Below the pieces are notes generated by a model. The model had not been told where the DNA came from, searched no databases, and worked only from the letters and a program-made list of their open reading frames with translations. The position numbers were made by a program, and so were the translations under genes. This document shows, piece by piece, positions 20,508 to 29,907 of a stretch of DNA of 64,000 nucleotides. Within the stretch, counting starts at the first letter, position 1, and each line of letters starts with the position of its first letter. The DNA comes from an uncultured delta proteobacterium (GTDB lineage: Bacteria > Desulfobacterota > WTBG01), in assembly GCA_963793865.1 (NCBI GenBank), contig CAWCBP010000008.1:448001-512000 (forward strand), in the 5' to 3' direction.

Positions 20508-20636
20508 ATGAAGCAATGGAGATGTACAACCTGCGGTTATATTCACACCGGAGACGTCCCGCCTGATCCATGCCCGGTGTGCAAGAAGACCCAGGCGATG
20601 AAACCGGGACCGCTGTTTGTGGAAGTCAAACAATAG
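20508..20636 (+). CDS. 42-aa rubredoxin-like protein (absent from the ORF track)
   Basis: manual translation MKQWRCTTCGYIHTGDVPPDPCPVCKKTQAMKPGPLFVEVKQ; GGAGG RBS. Confidence 0.85.
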   Translation: MKQWRCTTCGYIHTGDVPPDPCPVCKKTQAMKPGPLFVEVKQ

Positions 20637-20739
20637 CGGGGTGTGGTTGAAGGGAAATCCGGCCGGAGAGTGCCTGCATATCCGGCAGCATGGCCGGGAA
20701 GTGTCGGCATCCGCTCGTGTGGCGGACCTTTAAATCGTT

Positions 20740-21654
20740 TCAGCTGATAAACACCTCAATCTGTGCCGTCTGCTTCAGCTCATCAACATAATCCTGATAG
20801 ATTTTCTGTGCCTGATCTATTTTCATTACCTGTTCCACGTGACCCTGTATCTCCTCAAAGGGCGGGATAAACCCCTTGGGTCTGCGCGCATAGAGCTTCA
20901 CCAGGTGCACCCCTTCACGCGTTAGCACCGGCTGACTGATTTCATTCTCTTTCAGCTTGCCCACTGCCGCCTCAAGCGGGGGATAGAGCTGGCCGCGGGA
21001 CTGGAAACCCAGGTCGCCGCCCTGCGCGGCCGAATCACACTCTGAATATTTTTTTGCCAGCTCACGAAAATCAGCTTTTTGTTCCCGAATCCTCTTAAGC
21101 TTTTCCCTGGCCTTTGCAATCTCCTCATCCTCGGCGTCCGGCGGCAGCCGCAGCAGGATATGCCCGATGTCCACCGCTTCCGGCCGGGCAAACAGCTGGG
21201 TATTGTTCCGGAAGAAGCTGCTTATTTCCTTCGCGGAAATCGGCTTTTTATGCAGTTCATAGCGTTTGGAGACCAGCTTGTTGATAATCATGTCGTAGGC
21301 AAGCCTCTCCTTGTAGGTTTTGAGAGAAGCGCCGTCTTTCAGTATGTCGCTCAGAAACTCCTGGTGGGAAGCATAGTCCTTTTCTGATTCCTCCATTACC
21401 CGATCAATCTCCTTTGACGTAACCTTGATCTTCTGTCTCACCGCCTCCTGGTGGAGCACTTCGCGCTCCACCAGTTTTGCCAGCATGAATTGCCGCACAT
21501 TATGGAGCTGGTCCTTTCCAAAGACCCTGATGTCAATGCCCTGTTCTTTCAGGGACGCGCGGTAGTTTGACACCGCTTGTTCCAGCTGGGATTCATAGAG
21601 TTCCTCGGCGTTAACCTTGGCCACAATGGTGTCTTGAGGATTATCTTTAGTCAT
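20740..21654 (-). CDS. PpiC/parvulin-type peptidyl-prolyl isomerase with SurA-like N-domain
   Basis: VAKVN, HILL, FRELAKKYSEC, GGDLG, GVHLVK. Confidence 0.9.
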   Translation of the reverse strand: MTKDNPQDTIVAKVNAEELYESQLEQAVSNYRASLKEQGIDIRVFGKDQLHNVRQFMLAKLVEREVLHQEAVRQKIKVTSKEIDRVMEESEKDYASHQEFLSDILKDGASLKTYKERLAYDMIINKLVSKRYELHKKPISAKEISSFFRNNTQLFARPEAVDIGHILLRLPPDAEDEEIAKAREKLKRIREQKADFRELAKKYSECDSAAQGGDLGFQSRGQLYPPLEAAVGKLKENEISQPVLTREGVHLVKLYARRPKGFIPPFEEIQGHVEQVMKIDQAQKIYQDYVDELKQTAQIEVFIS

Positions 21655-21856
21655 GCCTGCACTCCTGAGGTACCGGTACGTTGGTTGTCATATGTGAGTA
21701 GAGTATAAAGGTATGGTTGTCAAGTTAAAAAAAAGCAGTTTGCCACGGTGGCCTGCATAATGCTACAATTACCGCGGAGGCTCAACCCGAACCCATATTC
21801 ATCGGCATGGATGGAAAAAAGTTGCAGCCGGAACTGTGCCTGTTATCCGTACGCAT

Positions 21857-23629
21857 ATGAAGATGCTCATCCTTTTTCCGCCGGTTTGTGATCCGAGAGG
21901 CCCGCATTTGGCCCCGGCATGTCTTGCGGCTGCCCTGCGGAAAGCGGGGCATGAGGTTGAAATCTGGGACCTGGACCTGGAGCTGCTGCTGCACCTGTGC
22001 CAGCCCGGCAACCTGCAGCGCTCGCTCAAAAAGGCCGAAGAGAAAATGGCCGCAATTGACCGAAAGGGGGTGAAGGGCTACGAAGACGCCAGCTACTGGC
22101 ATTCCCTCTTTGAACTCTGCCGGTCATCTCAGAACCTTCCCCGGGAAACGAGTGATGCCATAACCGTTTTGCGGGGACAGGAATTTTATAACCGGGACCG
22201 ATTTAAATGGGCGCGAAGGAAAATAAATGAAGCCTTGCGTCTTGTTACCCTGCCGGTCCATGCGCAGATGAGCATGCGCATGGACAACCCGGCCTTTGAA
22301 ACACCATACCGCAGCGACCGCTTCTCAGATCTGCTTGACGCGGTGCGGGATGATGACTCAAACCTCTTCGGGCCTCTTTACCGGGAGCATGTGCTCCCCC
22401 GGGTCGACGGGTACCGGCCCGATGCAATCGGGATCTCGATCCTTAATTACCAGCAGATTATTCCCGGGCTGACCCTTGCGTATCAGTTGCGACAGGCCGG
22501 CCGGACCGTTTTTATCGGTGGAACCGTCTTTGTAAAACTGATCGCCGCGCTGCAGCAGGAGGGGCGATTTTTCACCTTCTGTGACGGAGTGATCGTGTAT
22601 GAGGGTGAAACCGCCCTGCTTCAGCTCATGAAAACCATGGAAGGTGGGGGCACCCTGAAGGATGTCCCCAACCTGATTTTCCCCTCCGGTGGCGCAGTTC
22701 AGACCAACGACCCCTTTCTGGTGGAAAATATAAATGAACTTCCCACTCCGGACTTTGACGGGCTGCCGCTCATGAGCTATCTGGCCCCCCGCGCGGTGCT
22801 TCCCTATAATCTGGGGAAGGGTTGTTACTGGGGGAAATGCTGTTTCTGTGACATACCCTACAGCAATATGATCGCTGACAATGGGTACAGGGTAAAAAGC
22901 GTGCGATTGATCGTTGATCAGCTCGAAGAACTCTCGCTCAAATATAAAACCCCCTATTTTCAATTTACCGATGAATCGTGTCACCCGGAGCTGCTGGCCG
23001 ATATCGCGACCGGGTTGCTTGCGAGAAAGCTCGATGTGCGGTATATCTGCTACGGCAGGTTCGAGAGGGGCTTTACACAAGAGCTGTGCCGGCATATATA
23101 CCGGGGAGGATGCAGAAAAATTCTCTTCGGGCTTGAATCAGGATGCCAGAAACGTCTTGATGCCATCAACAAGGGAATATCCGTGCAGCAGGCAGAGGCA
23201 ATTCTCAAAAACTGTGCTGCTGCCGGCATATACTACAGGGTTTTTGCCATGATCGGCCTTCCCCACGAAACGGTGGAAGAGGCGTATGAGACATTCGATT
23301 TTTTCAAGAGAAACAGGGAACTTTTTCTCTCCCCCTTCAACCATTTTGAATTCAGCCCCTTCCACCTGGACCGGCATTCCTGCCTGGGCCGTGAACCGGA
23401 ACGGTATCGTCTCCAGCTGCGGCCGGACAATGAAGCACCCTTTTCCCTGGGAGGCTGGCCTTTTCACACTGAAACGGGTATGGATCCCCGCACGGTGAAG
23501 AAGGTGTACCGGAACATAACCGGTGAACTGTATCATCTCCTCAAGGGCGATGAGAAATACAGCGGCTGGGAGGAATATTCATTGCTTACCATTGATTATC
23601 ATTCGCCTATCACCGGTGGTGTCGCATGA
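21857..23629 (+). CDS. B12-binding-domain radical SAM protein
   Basis: PHLAPACLAAAL, YEGE, PTPDF, CYWGKCCFC (CxxxCxxC), FTDE, FGLESG, MIGLPHET. Confidence 0.9.
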   Translation: MKMLILFPPVCDPRGPHLAPACLAAALRKAGHEVEIWDLDLELLLHLCQPGNLQRSLKKAEEKMAAIDRKGVKGYEDASYWHSLFELCRSSQNLPRETSDAITVLRGQEFYNRDRFKWARRKINEALRLVTLPVHAQMSMRMDNPAFETPYRSDRFSDLLDAVRDDDSNLFGPLYREHVLPRVDGYRPDAIGISILNYQQIIPGLTLAYQLRQAGRTVFIGGTVFVKLIAALQQEGRFFTFCDGVIVYEGETALLQLMKTMEGGGTLKDVPNLIFPSGGAVQTNDPFLVENINELPTPDFDGLPLMSYLAPRAVLPYNLGKGCYWGKCCFCDIPYSNMIADNGYRVKSVRLIVDQLEELSLKYKTPYFQFTDESCHPELLADIATGLLARKLDVRYICYGRFERGFTQELCRHIYRGGCRKILFGLESGCQKRLDAINKGISVQQAEAILKNCAAAGIYYRVFAMIGLPHETVEEAYETFDFFKRNRELFLSPFNHFEFSPFHLDRHSCLGREPERYRLQLRPDNEAPFSLGGWPFHTETGMDPRTVKKVYRNITGELYHLLKGDEKYSGWEEYSLLTIDYHSPITGGVA

Positions 23630-24339
23630 CGCACAACCTGCTTGACGCGTTTGACATACGGCAGAACGGACATGAGCTCATAAGCCTGGTCGGCGCCGGC
23701 GGCAAGACCACCACCATGTTCGCGCTGGCGCGAGCGCTCAAATCCCTCCATAAGCGCGTCCTGGTCACCACCACCACCAACATATTTTATCCGGGGAAGG
23801 ACGAGTGCGACGGGGTGATCGTCAATGAGGCACCGGCGGCGGATCTGTTTCACGCCCTCCCCGGCGGGACAATCACGGTTCTGGGCGGAAACGTCGTGAA
23901 TGCGAGGAAGCTTGCAGGGGTGGATAAGAGATGTGTTGAAAAGCTGCACCGGGAGGGACTTTTCGACTGTATCCTGGTTGAATGTGACGGATCGAAGCGC
24001 AAGCCCATAAAGGCCGCCGCTCATTACGAGCCGGTGGTGCCGGACAACACCACCAGGGCCATCGGGGTCATCGGCCTGGATGCGGTGGGACAGCCGATCG
24101 ATGAAGAGCATGTGCATCGGGCGGATATTTTTTCCCGCGTGGTGGGGCGCGGCCTGGGGGAACCCCTGGATGCGCAGGCGGTGGTGGAGCTTATCTCATC
24201 GCCGCAGGGACTTTTCAAGGGTGTGCCCGAAACAAGCCCGCGCTACGTGCTGCTCAACAAGGCGGACACCGGGGAGCGGCGCGACTGGGCGGAAGCAATC
24301 ACCGCGGGATCTTTGCCATCATTACTCCGGCTCTTATAG
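23626..24339 (+). CDS. yqeC: selenium cofactor biosynthesis protein YqeC family
   Basis: ISLVGAGGKTT, VTTTT, VECDGSKRKPIKA..YEPVVP, VHR, LNKAD. Confidence 0.9.
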   Translation: MTHNLLDAFDIRQNGHELISLVGAGGKTTTMFALARALKSLHKRVLVTTTTNIFYPGKDECDGVIVNEAPAADLFHALPGGTITVLGGNVVNARKLAGVDKRCVEKLHREGLFDCILVECDGSKRKPIKAAAHYEPVVPDNTTRAIGVIGLDAVGQPIDEEHVHRADIFSRVVGRGLGEPLDAQAVVELISSPQGLFKGVPETSPRYVLLNKADTGERRDWAEAITAGSLPSLLRLL

Positions 24340-24344
24340 CAGGG

Positions 24345-24810
24345 GCTATCGCCGAGCGGATCCGCTACCGCAGCTATGTTCTTTTCATAACCTTATGGGC
24401 ACTGGTCGTGTATTGCCCGCTCTGTCACTGGGTCTGGAGAAGGATGGTTTTCTATACAACCTGGGTGCCAAAGGTGCCATCGATTTTGCCGGCGGTACAG
24501 TGGTGCATATCTCGGCAGGTGTGAGCGCGCTGGTCGCCTCTCGATCTGGGTTCGCGGCGCGGTTATCCCAAAACCGCCATGCAGCCTAACAACCTGGTGA
24601 TGACCCTCATAGGTGCCGGACTCCTCTGGGTGGGGTGGTTTGGTTTCAATGCCGGCAGTTCCATTTCAAGCGGCCTTGATACGGCACGGTACGGTGACCC
24701 AGGCGGCTGCTGCATCGGGGGGGCTGAGCTGGATGTTCATCGAATGGCTCAAACATAGAAAGGCAACCAGCCTGGGAGTGGCAAGCGGTATCCTGGCAGG
24801 TAGTTTGCTT
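24345..24810 (+). pseudogene. amt: ammonium transporter (Amt) internal fragment
   Basis: DFAGGTVVHISAG, IGAGLLWVGWFGFNAGS, LGVASGILAG in shifting frames; no start and no full length. Confidence 0.85.
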
Positions 24811-25026
24811 CAAAAAAAGGGAGCGAAGCTTGAACGCTGCGTTACCGGGGCACTGACCACCGGCACCATTTACGGGTATGCATCACTTCTAAACGGGTTT
24901 AAGAAACCGGGCGTCAGTGCTTGACATTGAGTGCTAAATTCGCAATAATGGCGCACAATCGAGATGAACCGGACTGGGCTTTCTATTCGGTGTAGAACAA
25001 CAGTTGTGATGACATGAGGAGGAGCT

Positions 25027-25746
25027 ATGAGCACGGAGTATACATTTCCATTGTACGGCGAAAAGATGCAGGAGCTGATAAAGGAATTCGGGGGAACCCT
25101 GATGGAAGAATACCAGGGACATGATATAAAGCCTCTCTGGGACCAGAAGGGCGAAGGATACACGGGATACAAGTACCTCTATAAAGCGCCGAAACTTGAG
25201 AAGATAGCCCTTGGAGTCGGGGCGTTCCGCGAAAAGCTCATGTCCTATGCCCTGATGATCTGGCCTGATGACGACCATGCGCTGCCCCTCTTCTCCAGCT
25301 ACTGGGCCGACAGCGCCAAGGGAAGCTTTTTCATCCTTGACTTGTACCCCATCGCGGACTGCGTTCTCGATCTGCCGTATCTGGATAAATACCTTGCCCC
25401 GCTGGAGGATATTTATGACAAGGGCCTTGACAGTTTTCCGCCCTCCCGGGTGAGGAGCGAGAACTGGTTCAGGGTGATAAGCTCGCCCTACGTTATTACC
25501 ACCGAGGCAGAGGCCACCCCGGCAAACCGGGACAAGCTGCTCGATCTGACGGCGGATTACCTCAGAGTTTACATAGATCTCTGGAAAAAGGAACAGCCGG
25601 GTCCCGCTGAATACATGAAGGCGTTGAATGCCAGGAAGAACGCGATTCGCGCCGTCTTCCAGGCCCGGGACTCAATCGGCGATATGATGCTGACCCGGGC
25701 CATCGGGAAGGAGCTGTCGCACCTGTCGCTGATTACGCAGTTTTAG
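25027..25746 (+). CDS. hypothetical protein resembling the ferredoxin-dependent bilin reductase / RCC reductase fold
   Basis: IWPDDDHALPLF, ILDLYP, YLDKY, WFRVISSP, YLRVYIDLW, D..MLTRAIG; strong GAGGAGG RBS. Confidence 0.6.
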   Translation: MSTEYTFPLYGEKMQELIKEFGGTLMEEYQGHDIKPLWDQKGEGYTGYKYLYKAPKLEKIALGVGAFREKLMSYALMIWPDDDHALPLFSSYWADSAKGSFFILDLYPIADCVLDLPYLDKYLAPLEDIYDKGLDSFPPSRVRSENWFRVISSPYVITTEAEATPANRDKLLDLTADYLRVYIDLWKKEQPGPAEYMKALNARKNAIRAVFQARDSIGDMMLTRAIGKELSHLSLITQF

Positions 25747-25889
25747 CAGACTGGAGTTGTCAGATTTAGTCGCGTACGCTTCTTCGAAATGACAGCCGAT
25801 GATTTCATGAAGTATAGATAAAGTGCTGTTTATCTATGTTTTGGAACTGGATCAAGGCAGGATACAAAATCCTTCAACAGGAGATAACC

Positions 25890-26855
25890 ATGGGACTGCA
25901 AACCAGGATGTGGCTGTTAGTGGCCTTGTTATTTGCCATCCTCTACGGCATCTTTACCGCAGCCGGGACCTATCTTGGTGAAGGAAGCGCATTGTCCTAT
26001 GTTATCATGGCCTTCCTTTTCCTGGGGCTGCAGTACCTCATAGGCCCTTACATGGTGCAGGCAACCATGCGGGTGAAATGGGTTTCGGAAAATGAGGAGC
26101 CTGAATTGCACCGCATGGTGTCGGAACTGGCCGAAAGAGCGGGTATCCCCATGCCCAAGGTGGGCATATCCCAGATAGCGGTACCCAACGCGTTTGCCTT
26201 CGGGAAAAGCTTGCGGGACGGGCGGGTATGTGTTACCAGCGGCATCCGCGGTCTTTTAAGCAAGGATGAGTTGCGGGCAGTGCTCGGGCACGAGCTGGCC
26301 CATCTGAAACACCGTGACATGATTGTGATCACCATTCTTTCCGCCATTCCGCTCATACTGTACTGGATAGCCATGCGGATGATGTGGGGAGGTTCGTTAG
26401 GCGACCGCAGGAGAGAAGATGGCGGAGCTGCCGCGCTGATAGGTTTGGGGGCCATGCTTTTCTATTTTCTTACCAACCTTCTGGTCTTGTACGGGTCCCG
26501 CATACGGGAATATTATGCCGACCAGGGCAGTGTGGAGTTCGGCAATCAGCCGCACTTTTTGGCCTCGGCGCTCTATAAGCTGGTGTATGGCAGTGCCCGG
26601 ATGCGGGGTCAGGAAGACCTGCGGAGGGTGGAGGGGGTAAAAGCGTTTTTTCTCAATGACCCGTCACGGGCGAAAACAGAACTGACCGAACTCTCTCAGA
26701 TAGACTCAGACATGTCCGGGACCATCGACGGCAACGAACTCATGGAAATCCGCCAGAAGGGTGTGAAGATCAGCGCCGCGGAAAGGATGATGGAATTTTT
26801 TACCACCCACCCCAACATGGTGAAAAGAATAAAGCATCTTGCTTCGATGGGCTGA
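25890..26855 (+). CDS. htpX: M48 zinc metalloprotease
   Basis: PNAFAFG, LGHELAH, SRIREYYAD, FTTHP. Confidence 0.92.
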   Translation: MGLQTRMWLLVALLFAILYGIFTAAGTYLGEGSALSYVIMAFLFLGLQYLIGPYMVQATMRVKWVSENEEPELHRMVSELAERAGIPMPKVGISQIAVPNAFAFGKSLRDGRVCVTSGIRGLLSKDELRAVLGHELAHLKHRDMIVITILSAIPLILYWIAMRMMWGGSLGDRRREDGGAAALIGLGAMLFYFLTNLLVLYGSRIREYYADQGSVEFGNQPHFLASALYKLVYGSARMRGQEDLRRVEGVKAFFLNDPSRAKTELTELSQIDSDMSGTIDGNELMEIRQKGVKISAAERMMEFFTTHPNMVKRIKHLASMG

Positions 26856-26900
26856 TCGTGTACCGCTGCTTTTATGAAAACGACGAAAAATGACATAGAG

Positions 26901-26996
26901 AATGTCGTTGCGAGCGACCGAAGGGAGCGCGGCAATCTCAGTGTTATTTTGTTTTATGAGATTGCTTCGGTCGATGCTCTCCCTCGCAATGACATT
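26901..26996. repeat. long palindromic repeat AATGTCGTTGCGAG...GCAATCTCA / TGAGATTGC...CTCGCAATGACATT
   Basis: nested inverted arms between convergent genes. Confidence 0.8.
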
Positions 26997-27032
26997 AATA
27001 TAAAGTGAAAGTTCGGGAGGGTGAGGGGCCTA

Positions 27033-27305
27033 TTAAAAGAACATTCCCTGTATCTCTTTCATCATTTTTCTATTGTGCCTGGTGACTGCTATAATTGACC
27101 AGATGATATTTACAGGGGGTTGAATCCAGAAAAACATAAAAGAATAGGGTGATTGCCCGATGAGGTAGTAGACAACATACCCTGTCACTAAAAGCAGGGT
27201 CATGACAATACCGCCCCATAGCGAGGAATAAAACAAGCCGAAGGGCTGAAAAAAAATAGCCGCAAGTATTCCAATGATAACACTTTTAGGCCTGTCGTCG
27301 TACAA
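27033..27305 (-). CDS. small membrane protein
   Basis: about 3 hydrophobic segments, FFQPFGLFYSS; GGGAGG RBS before TTG. Confidence 0.65.
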   Translation of the reverse strand: MYDDRPKSVIIGILAAIFFQPFGLFYSSLWGGIVMTLLLVTGYVVYYLIGQSPYSFMFFWIQPPVNIIWSIIAVTRHNRKMMKEIQGMFF

Positions 27306-27491
27306 TGCCGCACCTCCCCAACCTGCCGTCGATTCAAAGCCTATATCACAAAAAGAGGCATGATAGAAGGATAAAGAAAACAGAACCCAAAAATCAGGTT
27401 TTTGGAAGTTAAAAATCAGGGTTCTGCTTATTGCAATAGTTCCGCTTCTGTGGTTTTATTGTAACGTACAATATCTCATTCTTACTCCTCC

Positions 27492-27531
27492 TGCAGAGGG
27501 AGTGGCCGTGGCTGCCACTCCCTCTGCATTT
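27492..27531 (+). terminator. 15-bp perfect hairpin (terminator, possibly of a small RNA)
   Basis: TGCAGAGGGAGTGGC-CGTGGCT-GCCACTCCCTCTGCA-TTT. Confidence 0.65.
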
Positions 27532-27572
27532 GCGTGCTGTGTTGTATGCTTCATTTCACCGGTGTGTAATGT

Positions 27573-27599
27573 GCAGGGCGACCGGCCGGTCGCCCCTAC
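27573..27599. repeat. GTAG-type REP palindrome, copy 2
   Basis: GCAGGGCGACCGGCCGGTCGCCCCTAC. Confidence 0.85.
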
Positions 27600-27619
27600 A
27601 AGCTCTTTACAATGTGCAT

Positions 27620-28708
27620 TCACGCGGAGTCAGGATTCTCTGACCTGTTAATCCCCAATCCGGGATCGTCCGGAAGGGTAATGCGTTCATTGTCATACCG
27701 GGCGCCGCCCTCGACGGGGTCCTCGCTGCACAGGAGCGGCGGATCAAGATCGATTTTGGTGATGATGCCCCTCGCGCCGGCAAGATGTGCCGCGGCGGTG
27801 ACGCTTATCCTGCTCTCCATCATGCACCCGATCATGCATTCCATCCCGGCACTGTGCGCCAGCTCACACATTTTCAGGGCAGGGTGCAGGCCGCCGGCCT
27901 TCATCAGCTTTATGTTAATCATGTCCGCGGCGCGCATGCGGATGATGTCGGAAACGTCCCGGGAGGAAAAGGCGCTTTCATCGGCCACAACCGGGACATC
28001 AACCCGGTCGGTCACAAACTTCAGCCCTTCAAGATCGTGCGCTTTCACCGGCTGCTCCACCAGCTCGATCCCGATGCCCTCGTCCTCCATCTTTTCCAGG
28101 GTAGCTACCGCTTCTTCGGGAGACCAGCCCTGGTTGGCATCCAGGCGAAGACTGACGGCATCACCCACCGCCGCGCGAATGGCCCTGAGCCGTTCCATGT
28201 CCGTTGCCGGATGGTTTCCCACTTTAAGCTTGACCGTTTTGAAACCCCTTCGCACCGCATCCAGGCAGTCGCGCGCCATTGCCTCAGGCTCATTAAGGCT
28301 GATGGTGATGTCGGTGGTAAATTCCTTTCTGACTCCCTTCAGGAGTTTATAAACCGGCACAGACTGCAGCCGGCCGTACAGATCATAAAGGGCGATATCA
28401 ACCGCTGCTTTGGCACCGTTATTGACGCCCGCCAGCGTGTGAAGCCGCGCCATCAGTTCTTCAAAATGTTCAACGGCACTGCCAATCAGAAGTTTCTTGA
28501 TCGGCCCTTCGATCGCCGTCCTGATGCTGACCTCGGTGTCGCCGGTGATGGCGGGCACGAGCGCGGCGCTGCCGTAACCGACGGCACCCTGATCGGTGAT
28601 AATTTTTACCAGCACGTCTTCAATGCGGGTGGCGGTTCGCACGGAGGTCCTGAACGGTGCGCGCAGGGGTATGGAGAGATGAGACAGGGTGATGTCCGTG
28701 ATTTTCAT
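27620..28708 (-). CDS. dipeptide (L-Ala-D/L-Glu) epimerase, enolase superfamily
   Basis: KLKVG, LDANQG, VEQP, ADES, INIKLMK, GCMME, DLD. Confidence 0.9.
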   Translation of the reverse strand: MKITDITLSHLSIPLRAPFRTSVRTATRIEDVLVKIITDQGAVGYGSAALVPAITGDTEVSIRTAIEGPIKKLLIGSAVEHFEELMARLHTLAGVNNGAKAAVDIALYDLYGRLQSVPVYKLLKGVRKEFTTDITISLNEPEAMARDCLDAVRRGFKTVKLKVGNHPATDMERLRAIRAAVGDAVSLRLDANQGWSPEEAVATLEKMEDEGIGIELVEQPVKAHDLEGLKFVTDRVDVPVVADESAFSSRDVSDIIRMRAADMINIKLMKAGGLHPALKMCELAHSAGMECMIGCMMESRISVTAAAHLAGARGIITKIDLDPPLLCSEDPVEGGARYDNERITLPDDPGLGINRSENPDSA

Positions 28709-28722
28709 GGCTGTTCGGCCGC

Positions 28723-29883
28723 TCAGAGCAGGGAAAGGATTTTTCCCACCAGCAATCCCCCGCCGGTTCCGATGATGTAGCTCATCAGGGCCATTAAGAC
28801 CCCGACGGGAACCAGCGCCTCGCTGTAGGAAGCGGCCAGGATGGGGGCGGAAGCGACTCCCCCGATATTGGCTACGCTGGCCACCGCGCAGGTAAAGAGA
28901 TCGAGCTTGAAAAGCTTTGCCGCGAGGATCATGATTGCTGCGTGAACCGCGATGATTAAAAACCCTGACATGATATAGAGGGGGGCGCGGGTGAGCCCGG
29001 TGAAATCCGCCATTGAGCCGATAAGGCCGATCAGGATATAAAGCGCGACCGAGGAAAGCTGCGATGACCCTGAGAGGCGCGCGAGGGGGGTCATGGCGCC
29101 CGCAATGCCGGCCAGCGTCACCATGATCACCGTCCAGGCCGGCACGGTGATAAAACCGGTGGCGGGCATTTTCCCCGCCAGGTACATGCACAATGCCGAG
29201 ACCAGCAGGCCCGTTCCCAGCAGGAGTATCAGGTCGGCCGCTTCCACGGAGGCGGCCGGCTTCTCTTCATCCCTGTTAAGCCGCATGCCGATCCGGTTCA
29301 GAAGCGTCGTATCCGATCCGGTCCAGCCATTAAAGAGCGGTGCGAAAGGCGTGAGCGCCAGCAACAGCATCACCCACACGGCGTAATTGACGGAGTCCAT
29401 CAGCAGCGCGTATCCCATTCCGGAGGCGGGAACAGCGAGCGCCTCCTGGACGGCCACCATGTTGCCCGTGCCGCCGATCCAGCTGCCGGAAAGCGCTGCG
29501 AATGACTTCCAGGTGTCCGGCTCATACAGCCCCTTGCAGGCCGCGTACACGGTGACAAAGCCGATCACGATACTGAGCGAAGCCGTGAAAAATCCCAGCA
29601 GCATTCTCGGGCCCAGGCGCAGGATATGTCTCAGATCGCAGCGAAGCAGCATCAGAAATATCATGATGGGCAGCAGGTGCGTTTTGGCCGCCCCGTAGCA
29701 GGCGCCGATCTCCGCGGTCTTTCCCCAGAGGGAAGCGGTGGCCATCAGCATGGTGCCGAGGTAGATGATCACAACCGCGGGGAGGTATTTGAAGAAGGCG
29801 GGCGCAGCCCTCTTTTCAGCCCAGGCGACAGCGCCGGCAAAAAACACGATGACGGCCAAATAGGAAAACCCGCTGCTGATCAT
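28723..29883 (-). CDS. DUF819-like membrane protein
   Basis: polytopic; GSWIGGTGNM, ASVANIGGVASAP. Confidence 0.8.
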   Translation of the reverse strand: MISSGFSYLAVIVFFAGAVAWAEKRAAPAFFKYLPAVVIIYLGTMLMATASLWGKTAEIGACYGAAKTHLLPIMIFLMLLRCDLRHILRLGPRMLLGFFTASLSIVIGFVTVYAACKGLYEPDTWKSFAALSGSWIGGTGNMVAVQEALAVPASGMGYALLMDSVNYAVWVMLLLALTPFAPLFNGWTGSDTTLLNRIGMRLNRDEEKPAASVEAADLILLLGTGLLVSALCMYLAGKMPATGFITVPAWTVIMVTLAGIAGAMTPLARLSGSSQLSSVALYILIGLIGSMADFTGLTRAPLYIMSGFLIIAVHAAIMILAAKLFKLDLFTCAVASVANIGGVASAPILAASYSEALVPVGVLMALMSYIIGTGGGLLVGKILSLL

Positions 29884-29907
29884 TACCCGGCCCCTCAATC
29901 CCGCAAC

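Noticed and set aside
27620..29191. 523-aa epimerase as in the ORF track
   Set aside because: The first 161 aa overlap the DUF819 gene in another frame; the real start is 28708.
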